Source: an uncultured Holophaga sp. | GTDB lineage: Bacteria > Acidobacteriota > Holophagae > Holophagales > Holophagaceae | DNA: 64,000 bases | Assembly: GCA_963664825.1 (NCBI GenBank) | Contig: OY761614.1 | Location: forward strand, 1,312,001-1,376,000 | Reading direction: 5' to 3' | Shown here: piece after piece, positions 1 to 9,758 of the stretch | Layout of the letters: every line of letters starts with the position of its first letter | Position numbering within the stretch: position 1 is the first letter of the stretch | Notes under the pieces: generated by a model | The model's database searches: none | The model's input: only the letters and a program-made list of their open reading frames with translations | What the model was told of the DNA's origin: nothing | Translations under genes and position numbers: made by a program

Positions 1-3000
1 GCGGCGCTGGAAGGAATCCAGGCTGCCCAGCAGGCCAGGATTGATGAAGCGGAACAGGTTCCAGAGTTCACCCAGGTGATTCTCCAGGGGAGTCCCGCTG
101 AGGATGAGGCGGAAGCCCGCCTGCAGTTCCATGGCAGCCTGGCTGCGCTTGGTGAAGGCGTTCTTGATGGCCTGGGCCTCATCCAGGATCACCGTGGACC
201 ATTCCACGGCCTTCAGGCGCTCGGATTCCGTGTGCAGGAGACCGTAACTGCAGAGCATCACATCCATGGACTCCAGGGAATTCAGAGTCTGTTCCCGGTC
301 CCCCTCGGCGAAGGGCCGCACTCGCAGGCTCGGAGCGAACTTCAGGATCTCCGAGGCCCAATTGGCGCAGACACTCGTCGGAGCCACCACCAAGGCGGGA
401 CCGCCCCGGCCACGTTGCAGGAGCAGCGCCAAGGCCTGGATCGTCTTGCCCAGGCCCATGTCATCGGCCAGACAGGCGCCGAAGCCCGCTTCGGCCAGGC
501 GCGCCATCCACTGGAAACCCTCCTCCTGGTAGGGCCGCAGCTCGGCCTCGAAGGCGCCGGGGACTTTCGGTACCAGGGACATGGCCGCGCGGATGCGCCC
601 CTGGTGGGCCTTCCAGCCCTTGTCCGACTGGAATTCCCCCCAGCCTTCTCCGAATTCGTTCATGGCCAGGGCCGCGATGGTGTGCAGCCGCAGTTCCTGG
701 CCACGGAACTCGCCAAAGCTGCGCAGATCCGAGAGTCGGCGGCGGAAGGTCTGGGTAAGGGAGAGGAAGCGCCCTTCCCCCAGGGGCAGGAAGCGGCCGG
801 GGTTCTGGTCCATCAGATCCAGCAGCGTCTTCATATCGAGCACGCGATCCCCATCGATCTGGATCTCCCCGCCGATGCCGAACCAGTCCTTCCCGCTGGC
901 CACCTTGAGGCGCATGGCGTCCATACCCAGGCTGCGGGGAGTCTGGAAACGCTGACCCTCGGGCCACTCCAGGGCAAGATCAGGGATTTTCTCGGCCTCC
1001 ATCAGGAGCTGGAGACAGCTCTCGGGATCCTCCAGGATCCACTCCCTATCGGGGTTGGAATCCAGGGTGGGCAGCTCGCTCAAGCGCTGTTCCGCATTCC
1101 GGAGTTCCCCGGGCAGATCCCGCTGCACCAGCATGCGGACGCCCCCATGTTCCAGCACCAGGCTGGCCCCCCCGCTGCCGGGCAGGTAGGCCGGGCCCTC
1201 CGGGAGGGGGCGCACCCGCATCCGCACCTGGAGCCCCTGCTGGTAGGGCAGGAGCAGCATTCGGGGCAGCACTTCGCCCACCACCGTCTCCAGGCCCGCC
1301 ATGAGGGGTGCCTGGTCCCCCAGCCCCACATTGGAATGGATCTCCGCCAGGGGCGCAATGGCGCCAAGGGTCTGCAGCACGCGGGCCTTGGCCTCCAGGG
1401 GCACGACGAGGCGTTCCCCCAGGATGGCGTCCAAGCGCCGGTGTTCCTCGGTGAAGGAATAGACGAGGCGCCTATTGGGGCCATCGGAGAGCACCAGCAC
1501 TCCGGACGTATTGGGGCGGGGGCTGAGGCAGAGCAGGAGCCGGGCCCCCTCCACATCCAGATGGAGTTCGGGGCGGCCCGCGGCCAGTTCCATGGGCTGG
1601 GGATCGCCTCCCTCCTCCGCCCAGAGGACATGCGGATGCCCTAGCAGGGCCTGAAGGGCCTGGGCATCGTCGAGCTCGAAGCGGAGCCCCTGCCAGTCCT
1701 GGCTCACCTGGACGGCCCCGAGCACCCGGTGATCCTGGGCGCTGAGGTATTCGTACTGGGCCGTCTCCTCCCGGAGTCGGCGGAGGCTCACCAGCCGCCC
1801 CTTGCCCCAGGCGCCCTTGGGACCTCGGCGCTGTTCCAGGGGATGGATCTCGAAGTGGGTGGCACTTGGGGCTAGGGGCTTCACGGACCAGGCCAGGCGC
1901 ACAGACCGGGCCGCGGCGGCGGAAGACGCGGGTCCGGCCACCTTCCCGAACTCCTGGAGGGCCTCCAGGGCGCGCTCCCAGGGCTCCACCCGGGGCACGA
2001 GATCCAGCAGGACATGGGCCTTGGCCACCCCGCCTCGATCCCGGGACTGGAGTTCCAGGGCGGCCCCCCGGAACCAGCCCAGGCACAGCTCCTTGGACTC
2101 CTCCAGGAAGCGCTCCAGGTAGGACAGCGGCACCTCTTCCCCCTCCAGGTGGGTGCAGAAGAGGGCGGCGATGAGCCCCATCTGGCGGGGTTCCCGGTGG
2201 TAGTCCCGCTGCAAGGGGGGCAGCTTGGCCCCGCTGAGGACCATGTGCAAACGCCTCAGACTCGCACCCTGCTTGGCCACGGGATCCAGGGTGGGACCCC
2301 GCTCCACCACTTCGATGCGCTCCAGGGCCGAGCGCAGGGCCAGGGGATCCCTCTGACCGAGGAGGGACAGGATGTGGAAGAAATCCATGGGCGCAGGCAG
2401 GGGCTGGATGCGCTTGCGGGTGATTTTCTTGAGCCGGGTGAGGGCCTCCTGGAAGCGGGCCGCCGCGCCCTCGGGCTTGCCCTGCATGAAGCGGAGGATG
2501 CCCTCCAGCCCCGCGAAGAGGGGGTGTTCCCGGTGATGGTTCTCCTGCGCCTTCAGCCAGGCCTGGGCCTCCTTGAGGCGGCCCTCCATGAGCAGGTAGA
2601 GGCAGATGGCCATGAAGAGGGACGTGGAACGCGGTTGCCGGGCCTGCCGGTCCAGCCAGGCGCAGAAAGCCGGATTGGGGTGGAAGAGCAGCACCTGATC
2701 CTTGACCAGACTCCAGGCTGCGGATTTCCGGAGCTCGCCCTCGAGACCCTCGAACCATTCCGCATCGAAGGGCTCCCCGCAGAGGAGGCAAAGGGGATCC
2801 CGGAATTCCAGGTTCTCGCTGTAGAGCTCCTGGATGCGCTGATGCAGGGGCCACAGTTGATCCCGGCGACCCTCCAGGAGCGCCAGCCGCAATTCGCTAA
2901 GCATGCGGGTGAAGGCCCCCTCGGTGACGTAGGGGGCCTGGCTGATGGCCATCAATTTCCGCAGCAGCCCTTCCCGGTGGGCCTGACGGGCGGCGAGTTC

Positions 3001-3255
3001 ACGGGCGGCGGGCGTGCATTCCCAGACGCCGGAGCGGGGCTCATCGACCCATCCCTCCTGGCGCAGGGCCTGGAGGTGGGGGCTCATGCCCTGGGGCTTC
3101 TGGGTCCAGTGCAGGGCCTCGGGCCAGAGCCCCGTGCGCACCAAGGCTTCCGCCAGATGAACCCGCGCCGTGGGGCGTCCGATGGAACCTAGACCGATGA
3201 GCAGGGCCTGCTGCACACGCGGCAGGGTGGAAAACACTTCGTGGGAAAACACCAT
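1..3255 (-). CDS. SNF2-family (DEAD/DEAH-like) helicase with long N-terminal region; 3' end lies beyond the left window edge
   Basis: Manual minus-strand translation of the ends: GACLADDMGLGKT (Walker A), LVVAPTSVCANW, ILDEAQAIKN (Walker B), LSGTPLENHLGELWNLF. ATG at 3255 is in frame with base 1. The middle was not fully translated. Missing from the ORF track because it has no stop in the window. Confidence 0.9.
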   Translation of the reverse strand, partial: MVFSHEVFSTLPRVQQALLIGLGSIGRPTARVHLAEALVRTGLWPEALHWTQKPQGMSPHLQALRQEGWVDEPRSGVWECTPAARELAARQAHREGLLRKLMAISQAPYVTEGAFTRMLSELRLALLEGRRDQLWPLHQRIQELYSENLEFRDPLCLLCGEPFDAEWFEGLEGELRKSAAWSLVKDQVLLFHPNPAFCAWLDRQARQPRSTSLFMAICLYLLMEGRLKEAQAWLKAQENHHREHPLFAGLEGILRFMQGKPEGAAARFQEALTRLKKITRKRIQPLPAPMDFFHILSLLGQRDPLALRSALERIEVVERGPTLDPVAKQGASLRRLHMVLSGAKLPPLQRDYHREPRQMGLIAALFCTHLEGEEVPLSYLERFLEESKELCLGWFRGAALELQSRDRGGVAKAHVLLDLVPRVEPWERALEALQEFGKVAGPASSAAAARSVRLAWSVKPLAPSATHFEIHPLEQRRGPKGAWGKGRLVSLRRLREETAQYEYLSAQDHRVLGAVQVSQDWQGLRFELDDAQALQALLGHPHVLWAEEGGDPQPMELAAGRPELHLDVEGARLLLCLSPRPNTSGVLVLSDGPNRRLVYSFTEEHRRLDAILGERLVVPLEAKARVLQTLGAIAPLAEIHSNVGLGDQAPLMAGLETVVGEVLPRMLLLPYQQGLQVRMRVRPLPEGPAYLPGSGGASLVLEHGGVRMLVQRDLPGELRNAEQRLSELPTLDSNPDREWILEDPESCLQLLMEAEKIPDLALEWPEGQRFQTPRSLGMDAMRLKVASGKDWFGIGGEIQIDGDRVLDMKTLLDLMDQNPGRFLPLGEGRFLSLTQTFRRRLSDLRSFGEFRGQELRLHTIAALAMNEFGEGWGEFQSDKGWKAHQGRIRAAMSLVPKVPGAFEAELRPYQEEGFQWMARLAEAGFGACLADDMGLGKTIQALALLLQRGRGGPALVVAPTSVCANWASEILKFAPSLRVRPFAEGDREQTLNSLESMDVMLCSYGLLHTESERLKAVEWSTVILDEAQAIKNAFTKRSQAAMELQAGFRLILSGTPLENHLGELWNLFRFINPGLLGSLDSFQRR

Positions 3256-3307
3256 GCCTTCAGTCTACAGGCTCTCGCCTGGCCTCTCGATGAGGGAGGT
3301 GATGGGG

Positions 3308-3317
3308 GCGCTAGACT
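3308..3317 (+). promoter_or_regulatory. Putative -10 element GCGCTAGACT upstream of thiG
   Basis: TAnnnT-type hexamer; near-identical GCGCTAGGCT precedes asnS (20193) and the ABC exporter (38012). Confidence 0.35.
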
Positions 3318-3329
3318 GGGAGCAGGAGA

Positions 3330-4112
3330 ATGACCATGCTCACCATTGCCGACAAGACCTTCGCGAACCGCCTCGTTCTGGGCACGGGCAAGTACAAGGA
3401 CTTCGCCACCATGAAGGCCTGCTACGAAGCCGCCCGCTCCGAGATGGTGACCCTGGCCGTGCGGCGCTTCGATCTCAAGGCCCAGGGCGGGGACAATATC
3501 CTCAATTGGATCCCCAAGTCCGTCCACCTCCTGCCCAATACCGCCGGATGCTTCACACTGGAGGACACGCTGCGGGTGGCGCGGCTGGCCCGGGAGGCCC
3601 TGGATAACCCCTGGATCAAGGTGGAGGTGCTGGGGGACACCAAGAGCCTCTACCCCGATGGGGAAGAGACCCTCAAGGCCTGCAAGGAGCTGGTGAAGGA
3701 CGGCTTCATCGTCCTGCCCTACCTCAACGCCGATCCCATCCTGGCCAAGAAGCTCTGCGATGTGGGCGTCCACGCCATCATGCCCCTGGGGAGCGCCATC
3801 GGTTCGGGCCTGGGTGTGCAGAACCCCTACGTGCTGCTGCTCATCAAGGAGATCTGCGAGAGCTATCACCTGCCGATGATCGTCGATGCCGGCGTGGGCA
3901 CGGCTTCCGACGCCGCCCTAGCCATGGAGCTGGGGGCCGACGCCATCCTCCTCAACACGGCCGTAGCCGAGGCGGGCGAACCCACCAAGATGGCCGAAGC
4001 CATGGATCTGGCCGTGCGGGCCGGGCGCCTGGCCTATGAATCAGGCCGCATGGCGCGGAGGCTCTACGCCAGCGCCTCCAGCCCCATGACGGGGATCGTG
4101 GGAAGGAACTGA
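3330..4112 (+). CDS. thiG: Thiazole synthase
   Basis: RLVLGTGKY, LLPNTAGC, WIKVEVLGD, MPLGSAIGSGLG, VDAGVGTASDAALAMELG, ASASSP motifs; GGAG RBS. Confidence 0.97.
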   Translation: MTMLTIADKTFANRLVLGTGKYKDFATMKACYEAARSEMVTLAVRRFDLKAQGGDNILNWIPKSVHLLPNTAGCFTLEDTLRVARLAREALDNPWIKVEVLGDTKSLYPDGEETLKACKELVKDGFIVLPYLNADPILAKKLCDVGVHAIMPLGSAIGSGLGVQNPYVLLLIKEICESYHLPMIVDAGVGTASDAALAMELGADAILLNTAVAEAGEPTKMAEAMDLAVRAGRLAYESGRMARRLYASASSPMTGIVGRN

Positions 4113-4283
4113 GTGGGCGGAAGGCCTGGGCGCCTCGCTCTGGGCAAGGACCTGACGCGGCTGAAGGCCAGGCGCTGGGCGGTGGTGCTGTTCCAGAGCC
4201 GATCCCCGGTTCCGAGTTTGCAAGGCCTTTGATCCCCCCAACGGGCACGTGCATCGGGGGGCAAGCCGTGTTTGAATCCATTC

Positions 4284-6296
4284 ATGCACGCCTCCCGCAT
4301 CCTGATCGATCTGGCCCTGGTGCTGGGCGTGGCCGGGCTTACGAGCCTGCTCTTCCACCGCCTGAAGCTGCCCGTGGTGCTCGGCTACCTGCTGGCGGGG
4401 CTGGTGGTGGGCCCCCACGTGCCCATTCCCATCGCCGTGGACGAAGGCACCGTGCAGACCCTGGCGGACCTGGGTGTGACGCTCCTGATGTTCAGCATCG
4501 GCCTGGAGTTCAGCCTCCAGCGCCTCTTCAGGGCCGGGCCCACGGCCCTGCTCATGGGTTCGGTGCAGGTGGGTTTCGCCATGCTGCTGGGCGGCATGGC
4601 GGCAAACGCGCTGGGGTGGAGCCCCGCCGAATCGCTCTTCACCGGTGCGGCCCTCGCCATCAGCAGCACCATGGTGGTGGCGAAACTCTTCGAGGAGCAC
4701 CGCCCGACCCGAGCAGTCAAGGAGGTGGTCTTCTCCGTGCTGGTCATGCAGGATCTCTATGCGATCCTCCTGCTGACGGCCCTGGGCACCTATGCCCGCG
4801 TGGGCGGGCTCCGTCCCTCGGACCTCGGCGGGACGCTCCTGCGCCTCACCATCTTCCTGGGCGTAGTGCTCCTGGCTGGACGCCTCGTAGTGCCCCGGTT
4901 CCTGCGCTGGGTGGCCGACCACACCCGGTCGGAGAGTCTGCTGGTCACCAGCACCGGGCTCTGCTTCCTCCTGGCCGCGCTCGCCGCCAAGGCTGGCTTC
5001 TCCGTCGCCCTGGGCGCCTTCCTGGCAGGCATGCTGGCTTCCGAGAGCGGCCGGATCCGGGCCATCGAACGCCAGGTCGCGCCCCTGCGGGATCTCTTCA
5101 CGGCGGTCTTCTTTGTGGCCGTGGGCATGATACTGGACCCCGCCGCCATTCCCTCCCGGCTCCTGCCCATCCTGCTGTTCTCCGCCCTGGTGATCCTCGG
5201 GAACGCGCTTTCGCTCGGCTCCAGCGGCCTGCTGGCGGGTCTCCCCCTGCGCACCAGCCTGCGCACGGGCCTGGCCCTGGGACAGATCGGGGAATTCGGC
5301 TACATCATCCTCGGCGTAGGCATCGCCGCCGGCGTGGTGCGGAAGGAGCTCTACTCGGTCATCGTGGCGGTGGGCATCCTCACGGCCTTCGCCTCGCCCT
5401 TCCTGCTGAAGCTCTCCGCGCCCCTCTTGGATGCTGTGGAATCGCGGCTCCCGGAGCGCTTCCGGACCAGCCTGGCCCTCTACCAGGCCTGGGCCGAATC
5501 CCTCCGGCACCACGGCATCCGCCGGGGCGAGGGTCGGGGCCTGCGCCGTCCCCTCGCCTTCCTGCTCCTGGACGCCCTGATCCTGGCGGCCCTGGTGCCG
5601 CTCTTCGGAAACCTCCTGGCCCGCTGGACCCCCTGGGTCGAGGGGCGCCTCCACTGGGGCCACATGCTGGCGCAGATCCTGGGGGCGTCCCTGCTGGGTG
5701 CGCTGGCCGCGCTGCTGGTCCTGGGAATCCTGCGCCAGGGGAGGATCCTGGCCCTGGATCTGGCCGTGCTCGCCCCGGGCCCTGCGGACGGGACCTTCAG
5801 CCGCCGGGGCCGCCATCTCCTCGCGGGGGGGCTGCGCGTGGCGGTCCTGCTCATGGTGGGCCTGCCCCTCGTGGCCGGGCTCCATCCCTTTTCACCTCAT
5901 GGTCCTCTCCTGGTGGTGGCGCTGGCGGTCTTTGTGTTCACCGTGGTTTTCCAGCTCCGCCGGGGCCGACGCTTCGCCCGGGAGCTGCCCGGCCCCATGG
6001 AGTGGCTGGCATCGAGGGTGCGCGATCCCTGGTCGGCCGAAGGGGAGGCGCAAGTCATGCCCCCTGGCACACTGCGCTCCCTGCGCCTGGGTGCCCGCTG
6101 CCCCCGCCTGGGTCGAAGGCTTTCGGAACTGGACCTGCCCGGCCGCGCGGGTGTCACCGTGGTGGCCCTCCTGCGGGAAGGCTCTGGCACCGTGCCCCTC
6201 CATCCCTCGCCTGAACTGCGGGAGGGCGATCTCCTGGCCCTGGCGGGGCCTGAATCCGCCCTGGACGAAGCCGAGGCCCTGCTGGGCGAGGAATAG
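4284..6296 (+). CDS. CPA2-family cation:proton antiporter with C-terminal TrkA-C (RCK-C) domain
   Basis: LMFSIGLEFS, AISSTMVV, ALGAFLAG, QIGEFGYII; C-terminal TVVALLR...LREGDLLALAG; start uncertain (4272 or 4284). Confidence 0.9.
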   Translation: MHASRILIDLALVLGVAGLTSLLFHRLKLPVVLGYLLAGLVVGPHVPIPIAVDEGTVQTLADLGVTLLMFSIGLEFSLQRLFRAGPTALLMGSVQVGFAMLLGGMAANALGWSPAESLFTGAALAISSTMVVAKLFEEHRPTRAVKEVVFSVLVMQDLYAILLLTALGTYARVGGLRPSDLGGTLLRLTIFLGVVLLAGRLVVPRFLRWVADHTRSESLLVTSTGLCFLLAALAAKAGFSVALGAFLAGMLASESGRIRAIERQVAPLRDLFTAVFFVAVGMILDPAAIPSRLLPILLFSALVILGNALSLGSSGLLAGLPLRTSLRTGLALGQIGEFGYIILGVGIAAGVVRKELYSVIVAVGILTAFASPFLLKLSAPLLDAVESRLPERFRTSLALYQAWAESLRHHGIRRGEGRGLRRPLAFLLLDALILAALVPLFGNLLARWTPWVEGRLHWGHMLAQILGASLLGALAALLVLGILRQGRILALDLAVLAPGPADGTFSRRGRHLLAGGLRVAVLLMVGLPLVAGLHPFSPHGPLLVVALAVFVFTVVFQLRRGRRFARELPGPMEWLASRVRDPWSAEGEAQVMPPGTLRSLRLGARCPRLGRRLSELDLPGRAGVTVVALLREGSGTVPLHPSPELREGDLLALAGPESALDEAEALLGEE

Positions 6297-6345
6297 ACCG
6301 AGGCCCTTCGGCCAAACGTGAACGACCCCAAAGTCCGATCTGGGT

Positions 6346-7044
6346 TCAGCGAAGGATCTGATTCAGCACGGGCACCAGGAGCTGGGTGCCCGCCAGGGCG
6401 TAGAGCCCCGCCACCACGTCATCGGCCATGATGCCCTGGCCCTCGGGCAATACCTGAATCTGATAGATGGGCCAGGGCTTCCAGATATCGAAGAGGCGGA
6501 AGAGCAGGAAGGGGGTTAAGACCATGGGCAGCATCCTCCAGCTCCCTGGTCCGAGGAGGCGCGGGAGGTCCAGAGCCAGCTCCCAGCGCAGGGGCCACAT
6601 GGCGATCCAAAGGCCCACCCATTCGTCCACCACGATGTAGCCCGGATCCCGAAGCCCCGTCTCCCGCACCACCCGATCCGAGGCCTTCACGCCGATCCAG
6701 GTCATCAGAAGGGGCATGAGGAGGAACAGGACTTCCAGGCCCCAGTATCCCAGGCCCAAGCCCGGCCCTCCCCGGGAAGACAGGGGCAGGCCCGAAAAGG
6801 GCGTGGTGATCTGGAGGGCGCCGTAACCCAGGAAGAGCCGCGACCCGCCGGAATGGCGCAGGGCCCAGGAGCCAAAGGGAGTGACCACCAGCCCCGTGAA
6901 GAGCAGCCAGGCCAATAGCGCCGCGAGGCTACCCCAGGTGCCTGGGGTCGGTTTCAGTCGGCCCGAGCCCAATCCCGTGGCGATCCACCAGGCCCAGCGC
7001 GGCGCGCGGGCAACATGCGATTGGGGGGAAGGGGCACTGTCCAT
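6346..7044 (-). CDS. pgpA: Phosphatidylglycerophosphatase A
   Basis: GLGSG..PGTWGS, DPGYIVVDEWVG, FRLFDIWKPWPI, GIMADDVVAG. Confidence 0.93.
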   Translation of the reverse strand: MDSAPSPQSHVARAPRWAWWIATGLGSGRLKPTPGTWGSLAALLAWLLFTGLVVTPFGSWALRHSGGSRLFLGYGALQITTPFSGLPLSSRGGPGLGLGYWGLEVLFLLMPLLMTWIGVKASDRVVRETGLRDPGYIVVDEWVGLWIAMWPLRWELALDLPRLLGPGSWRMLPMVLTPFLLFRLFDIWKPWPIYQIQVLPEGQGIMADDVVAGLYALAGTQLLVPVLNQILR

Positions 7045-7050
7045 GGGCCA

Positions 7051-9435
7051 TTATCGCCCGGGAAGGCCGGGGGCGGCCAAGACCGCCTCCAGGCTTTCCT
7101 TTTCGGGCCCCCGGGGTTCCCTGGCCAACACGGCGCGAAGGGCCTCCTGGCTCTCCCGGGTGTTCAGGCATATCAGGGCCTTCAGGGCCGCAGTCCGGAT
7201 GGGGAGCGGCTCCCGGTTATCGGTGAAGAAACCCCGGCGCCGGGCCATCAGCTCCACCAGGGCCGGGATGGAGGAGGCCGATCCCAGGCTGCCGAGCACC
7301 TCCAGCGCCCTCACCCGAACGCGCTCCTGCACGGCCTTGAAGCGGCCCTCCCGCTTCGCCATTTCGATGAGCGCGGGCACCGCCTGCTTGGTGCCCATCT
7401 CGTTGAGGATGAAGAGCACTTCCATCTGGATGCCCGGGTCCCGGTGGCCCAGGAGGGGAATCAAGGAGGTTTCCGCCGCTCTCCCCCCCATTCGGCCGAT
7501 GGCACGAATGGCAGCCCCTGCCACGCGCACATCCGAATGGCCCAGGAAGGGCAGGAGGTCCTGGACGCGCTCGGGGCCCGCGATCTCCCCCAGCACGATG
7601 ATCGCGTTCCGCAGGACGAACCATTCTTCGGATTTCAGGGATTCCAGGAGGGGAGCCTCGGCAATCTGGCCGCAGGCCTTGAGGGCCTCCAAGAGATGGT
7701 TCCTCCGGCCCCGATCCGGCTCGTCGGTGAGGCGCTCCACCAGATAGTTGGCGGCGGTGGGTCCCAGCATGCGGAGATAGGGATGGATCCTGGCGCTGCC
7801 CTCCTCCCGATCCATCTGGAAGAGCTGGGTGAGCACCTTGTTGAGGCGATCAGGCGCCCCCAGGCGGGCCAGGAGATCCCCAGTGGCCTGGGCCTTCCAG
7901 GGAGCCGGTAGGCTGAGCTCCGTGACCACGTCCTGCAAATCGGAGAACAGCTCGTGAGCCTTGGCCGGATTCCCGCTCTCCACCCAGAACCAGAGGATGT
8001 GCTCGACGGCCCTGGAGATGAACTGGTGGACCTCGGGATCCTTCTCGCGGCCGAAGGTCCTGGAGAGGAGTTCCATCAGCTCCTCCATCAGGGGCAAGGG
8101 CATGCCCGGGATATCCACCCAATCGGCGATCTGCTCGAAGGCCGAGGCCACTGCGGCCCGACGGGCCACCGCAGGCACGGAAAGGCCCGTGGAAAAATGC
8201 CGCATGAGCCGCAGAAATTCTAGGTTGCGCCCCCCTTCCAGCATTTCACGCATGAAGGCGAGCACCTTCTCCACCGGCATCTCGAAGATCCGCTGGCCCT
8301 CCAGGAGCTTGGCCAGCTTGACCTCAGGGGCCTGGCTTTCCCAACCCATGATATCGACCAGATTCCGCAGTTGGCCTTCGGTCATGCCCTCCTGGCGCAG
8401 GGCCTTCACCAGCTCATCCCGCCACTGTTCGGGGTTGGGACTCAAGGGATTGAGCTGCTCGGCGATCTCCCCGGCCTTCTCCTCGGAGATCGAGCCCCGG
8501 GCGTAGGCCGCCGCAAAGCTGGGAGCCGCCATGGTGTTCGAGAGTCGCGCGAACAGATTGCGCAGAGGGCCGGCATGAAGCCCAGCGGCCCCTCGAAAGA
8601 GCTCGATCTGCTGCTCCGGAGCCAGGGAGGCCAGGGCTTGGCGCACGGCCCCTTGAGTGCCCGGCTGCACGCCCTGTTGATCCATGCCCAGGCTCTGGAG
8701 ATAGCCCCCGAGCCCCGACAGATCCGGCGCACCCGGGGACCCCGCGATCCGACCCAACAGGAAACCCCTCATCTGTTCCACCAGGCTGCCCAAGCCGTGG
8801 CCCTGGGTACCCACGCCACTGGCGGCCTGGCCCGTGAGGGCCGGGGCTCCGGAAGGAGGCACCGGGATCCGTGGCCCAACGGATGCAGGACCGGGAGTCC
8901 CAGGTACAGAGGTGGGTGCCCCGGCCGCAGAAGCCTGGGCCCCCGGCGAAGGCATGGCCGCCGCCCACCCTGCCATGGATTCCAACAGGGCCGCTGGGAT
9001 CTCCCCCCGCTCCGAGACATCCTCCAGGCGCACCGCCAGGATCCGGATCCGGAGGACGCCCTTGTCCTCCAATAGCTTTTTGGCCCCCCCTTGAACCCGC
9101 ATCTGGGCCGGTTTCAGGCACAGCACATCGATGAGCGCCTGCAACTCTTCCAGGGTGGCCCCGGGGTAGAGCAGCAGGGCATGGATGCCATGCTCCTCGA
9201 ATTCGTTGGCCAGGGCCTTGATCTGGAGGTTCTGCGAATCCTCGATCACCTTATCGACGAACATCTTCCCGCTGCGGGCGGCGATCTGGATCTGCGCCTT
9301 GTCCTTGAGAAAACGCTGATAGCCCCCCTGCAGGGCGCTCACACCCTCGGCGTTCCGAGCATGGGTGGGGCCGTAGAGGCGGCAGGTCTTCAGAGCCCAC
9401 TGGAAGCTCACCAGGAAATCGAGGGAAGTGGTCAT
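7051..9435 (-). CDS. HEAT-repeat domain protein
   Basis: C-terminal HEAT-like repeats (WFVLRNAIIVLGEI, VRVAGAAIRAIGRMG, VRVRALEVLGSLG); likely start MTTSLDF at 9435. Confidence 0.8.
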   Translation of the reverse strand: MTTSLDFLVSFQWALKTCRLYGPTHARNAEGVSALQGGYQRFLKDKAQIQIAARSGKMFVDKVIEDSQNLQIKALANEFEEHGIHALLLYPGATLEELQALIDVLCLKPAQMRVQGGAKKLLEDKGVLRIRILAVRLEDVSERGEIPAALLESMAGWAAAMPSPGAQASAAGAPTSVPGTPGPASVGPRIPVPPSGAPALTGQAASGVGTQGHGLGSLVEQMRGFLLGRIAGSPGAPDLSGLGGYLQSLGMDQQGVQPGTQGAVRQALASLAPEQQIELFRGAAGLHAGPLRNLFARLSNTMAAPSFAAAYARGSISEEKAGEIAEQLNPLSPNPEQWRDELVKALRQEGMTEGQLRNLVDIMGWESQAPEVKLAKLLEGQRIFEMPVEKVLAFMREMLEGGRNLEFLRLMRHFSTGLSVPAVARRAAVASAFEQIADWVDIPGMPLPLMEELMELLSRTFGREKDPEVHQFISRAVEHILWFWVESGNPAKAHELFSDLQDVVTELSLPAPWKAQATGDLLARLGAPDRLNKVLTQLFQMDREEGSARIHPYLRMLGPTAANYLVERLTDEPDRGRRNHLLEALKACGQIAEAPLLESLKSEEWFVLRNAIIVLGEIAGPERVQDLLPFLGHSDVRVAGAAIRAIGRMGGRAAETSLIPLLGHRDPGIQMEVLFILNEMGTKQAVPALIEMAKREGRFKAVQERVRVRALEVLGSLGSASSIPALVELMARRRGFFTDNREPLPIRTAALKALICLNTRESQEALRAVLAREPRGPEKESLEAVLAAPGLPGR

Positions 9436-9560
9436 GGGTTGGGGTCCGCTGGAATGAACAATATTACCCAGCCCATCCGGGGCGGGGAGCCCGTTATGCC
9501 TTTTTGTCCTGCCCGGCTCGGAATTTCTTTTCAAAGTCCTTCACCGCCCCACCCAGGGCC

Positions 9561-9597
9561 CCCTCCAGCACCTCTCCCACGAGATCGTAGGCGTGGG
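9561..9597. repeat. Displaced duplicate of the rimO 3' end (direct repeat of 9769-9805)
   Basis: 25-bp exact match TCTCCCACGAGATCGTAGGCGTGGG at 9573-9597 and 9781-9805, extending to 37 bp with 3 mismatches; encodes HAYDLVGEV in both copies. Confidence 0.85.
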
Positions 9598-9758
9598 ACG
9601 GGGCCCCGTCCCTGAGCGCGCAGCGCGAAGGGGAGAAAGGCGCCGCGCGCCTTTCGATCCGGGGGTAGTCCTGGAGGCCCGGCGGCATCGCCGCCCCGGG
9701 GCCGAAGGCCCCGGAAAGCCTACGAGCGGCGCTTGATCCTGAAGGCCACCTCGAGGAC

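Noticed and set aside
76..3192. Plus-strand ORFs of 522 and 392 aa
   Set aside because: Antisense shadows of the minus-strand SNF2 gene; no recognisable motifs
3256..3329. TPP riboswitch upstream of thiG
   Set aside because: Only 74 nt of intergenic DNA and no CTGAGA core
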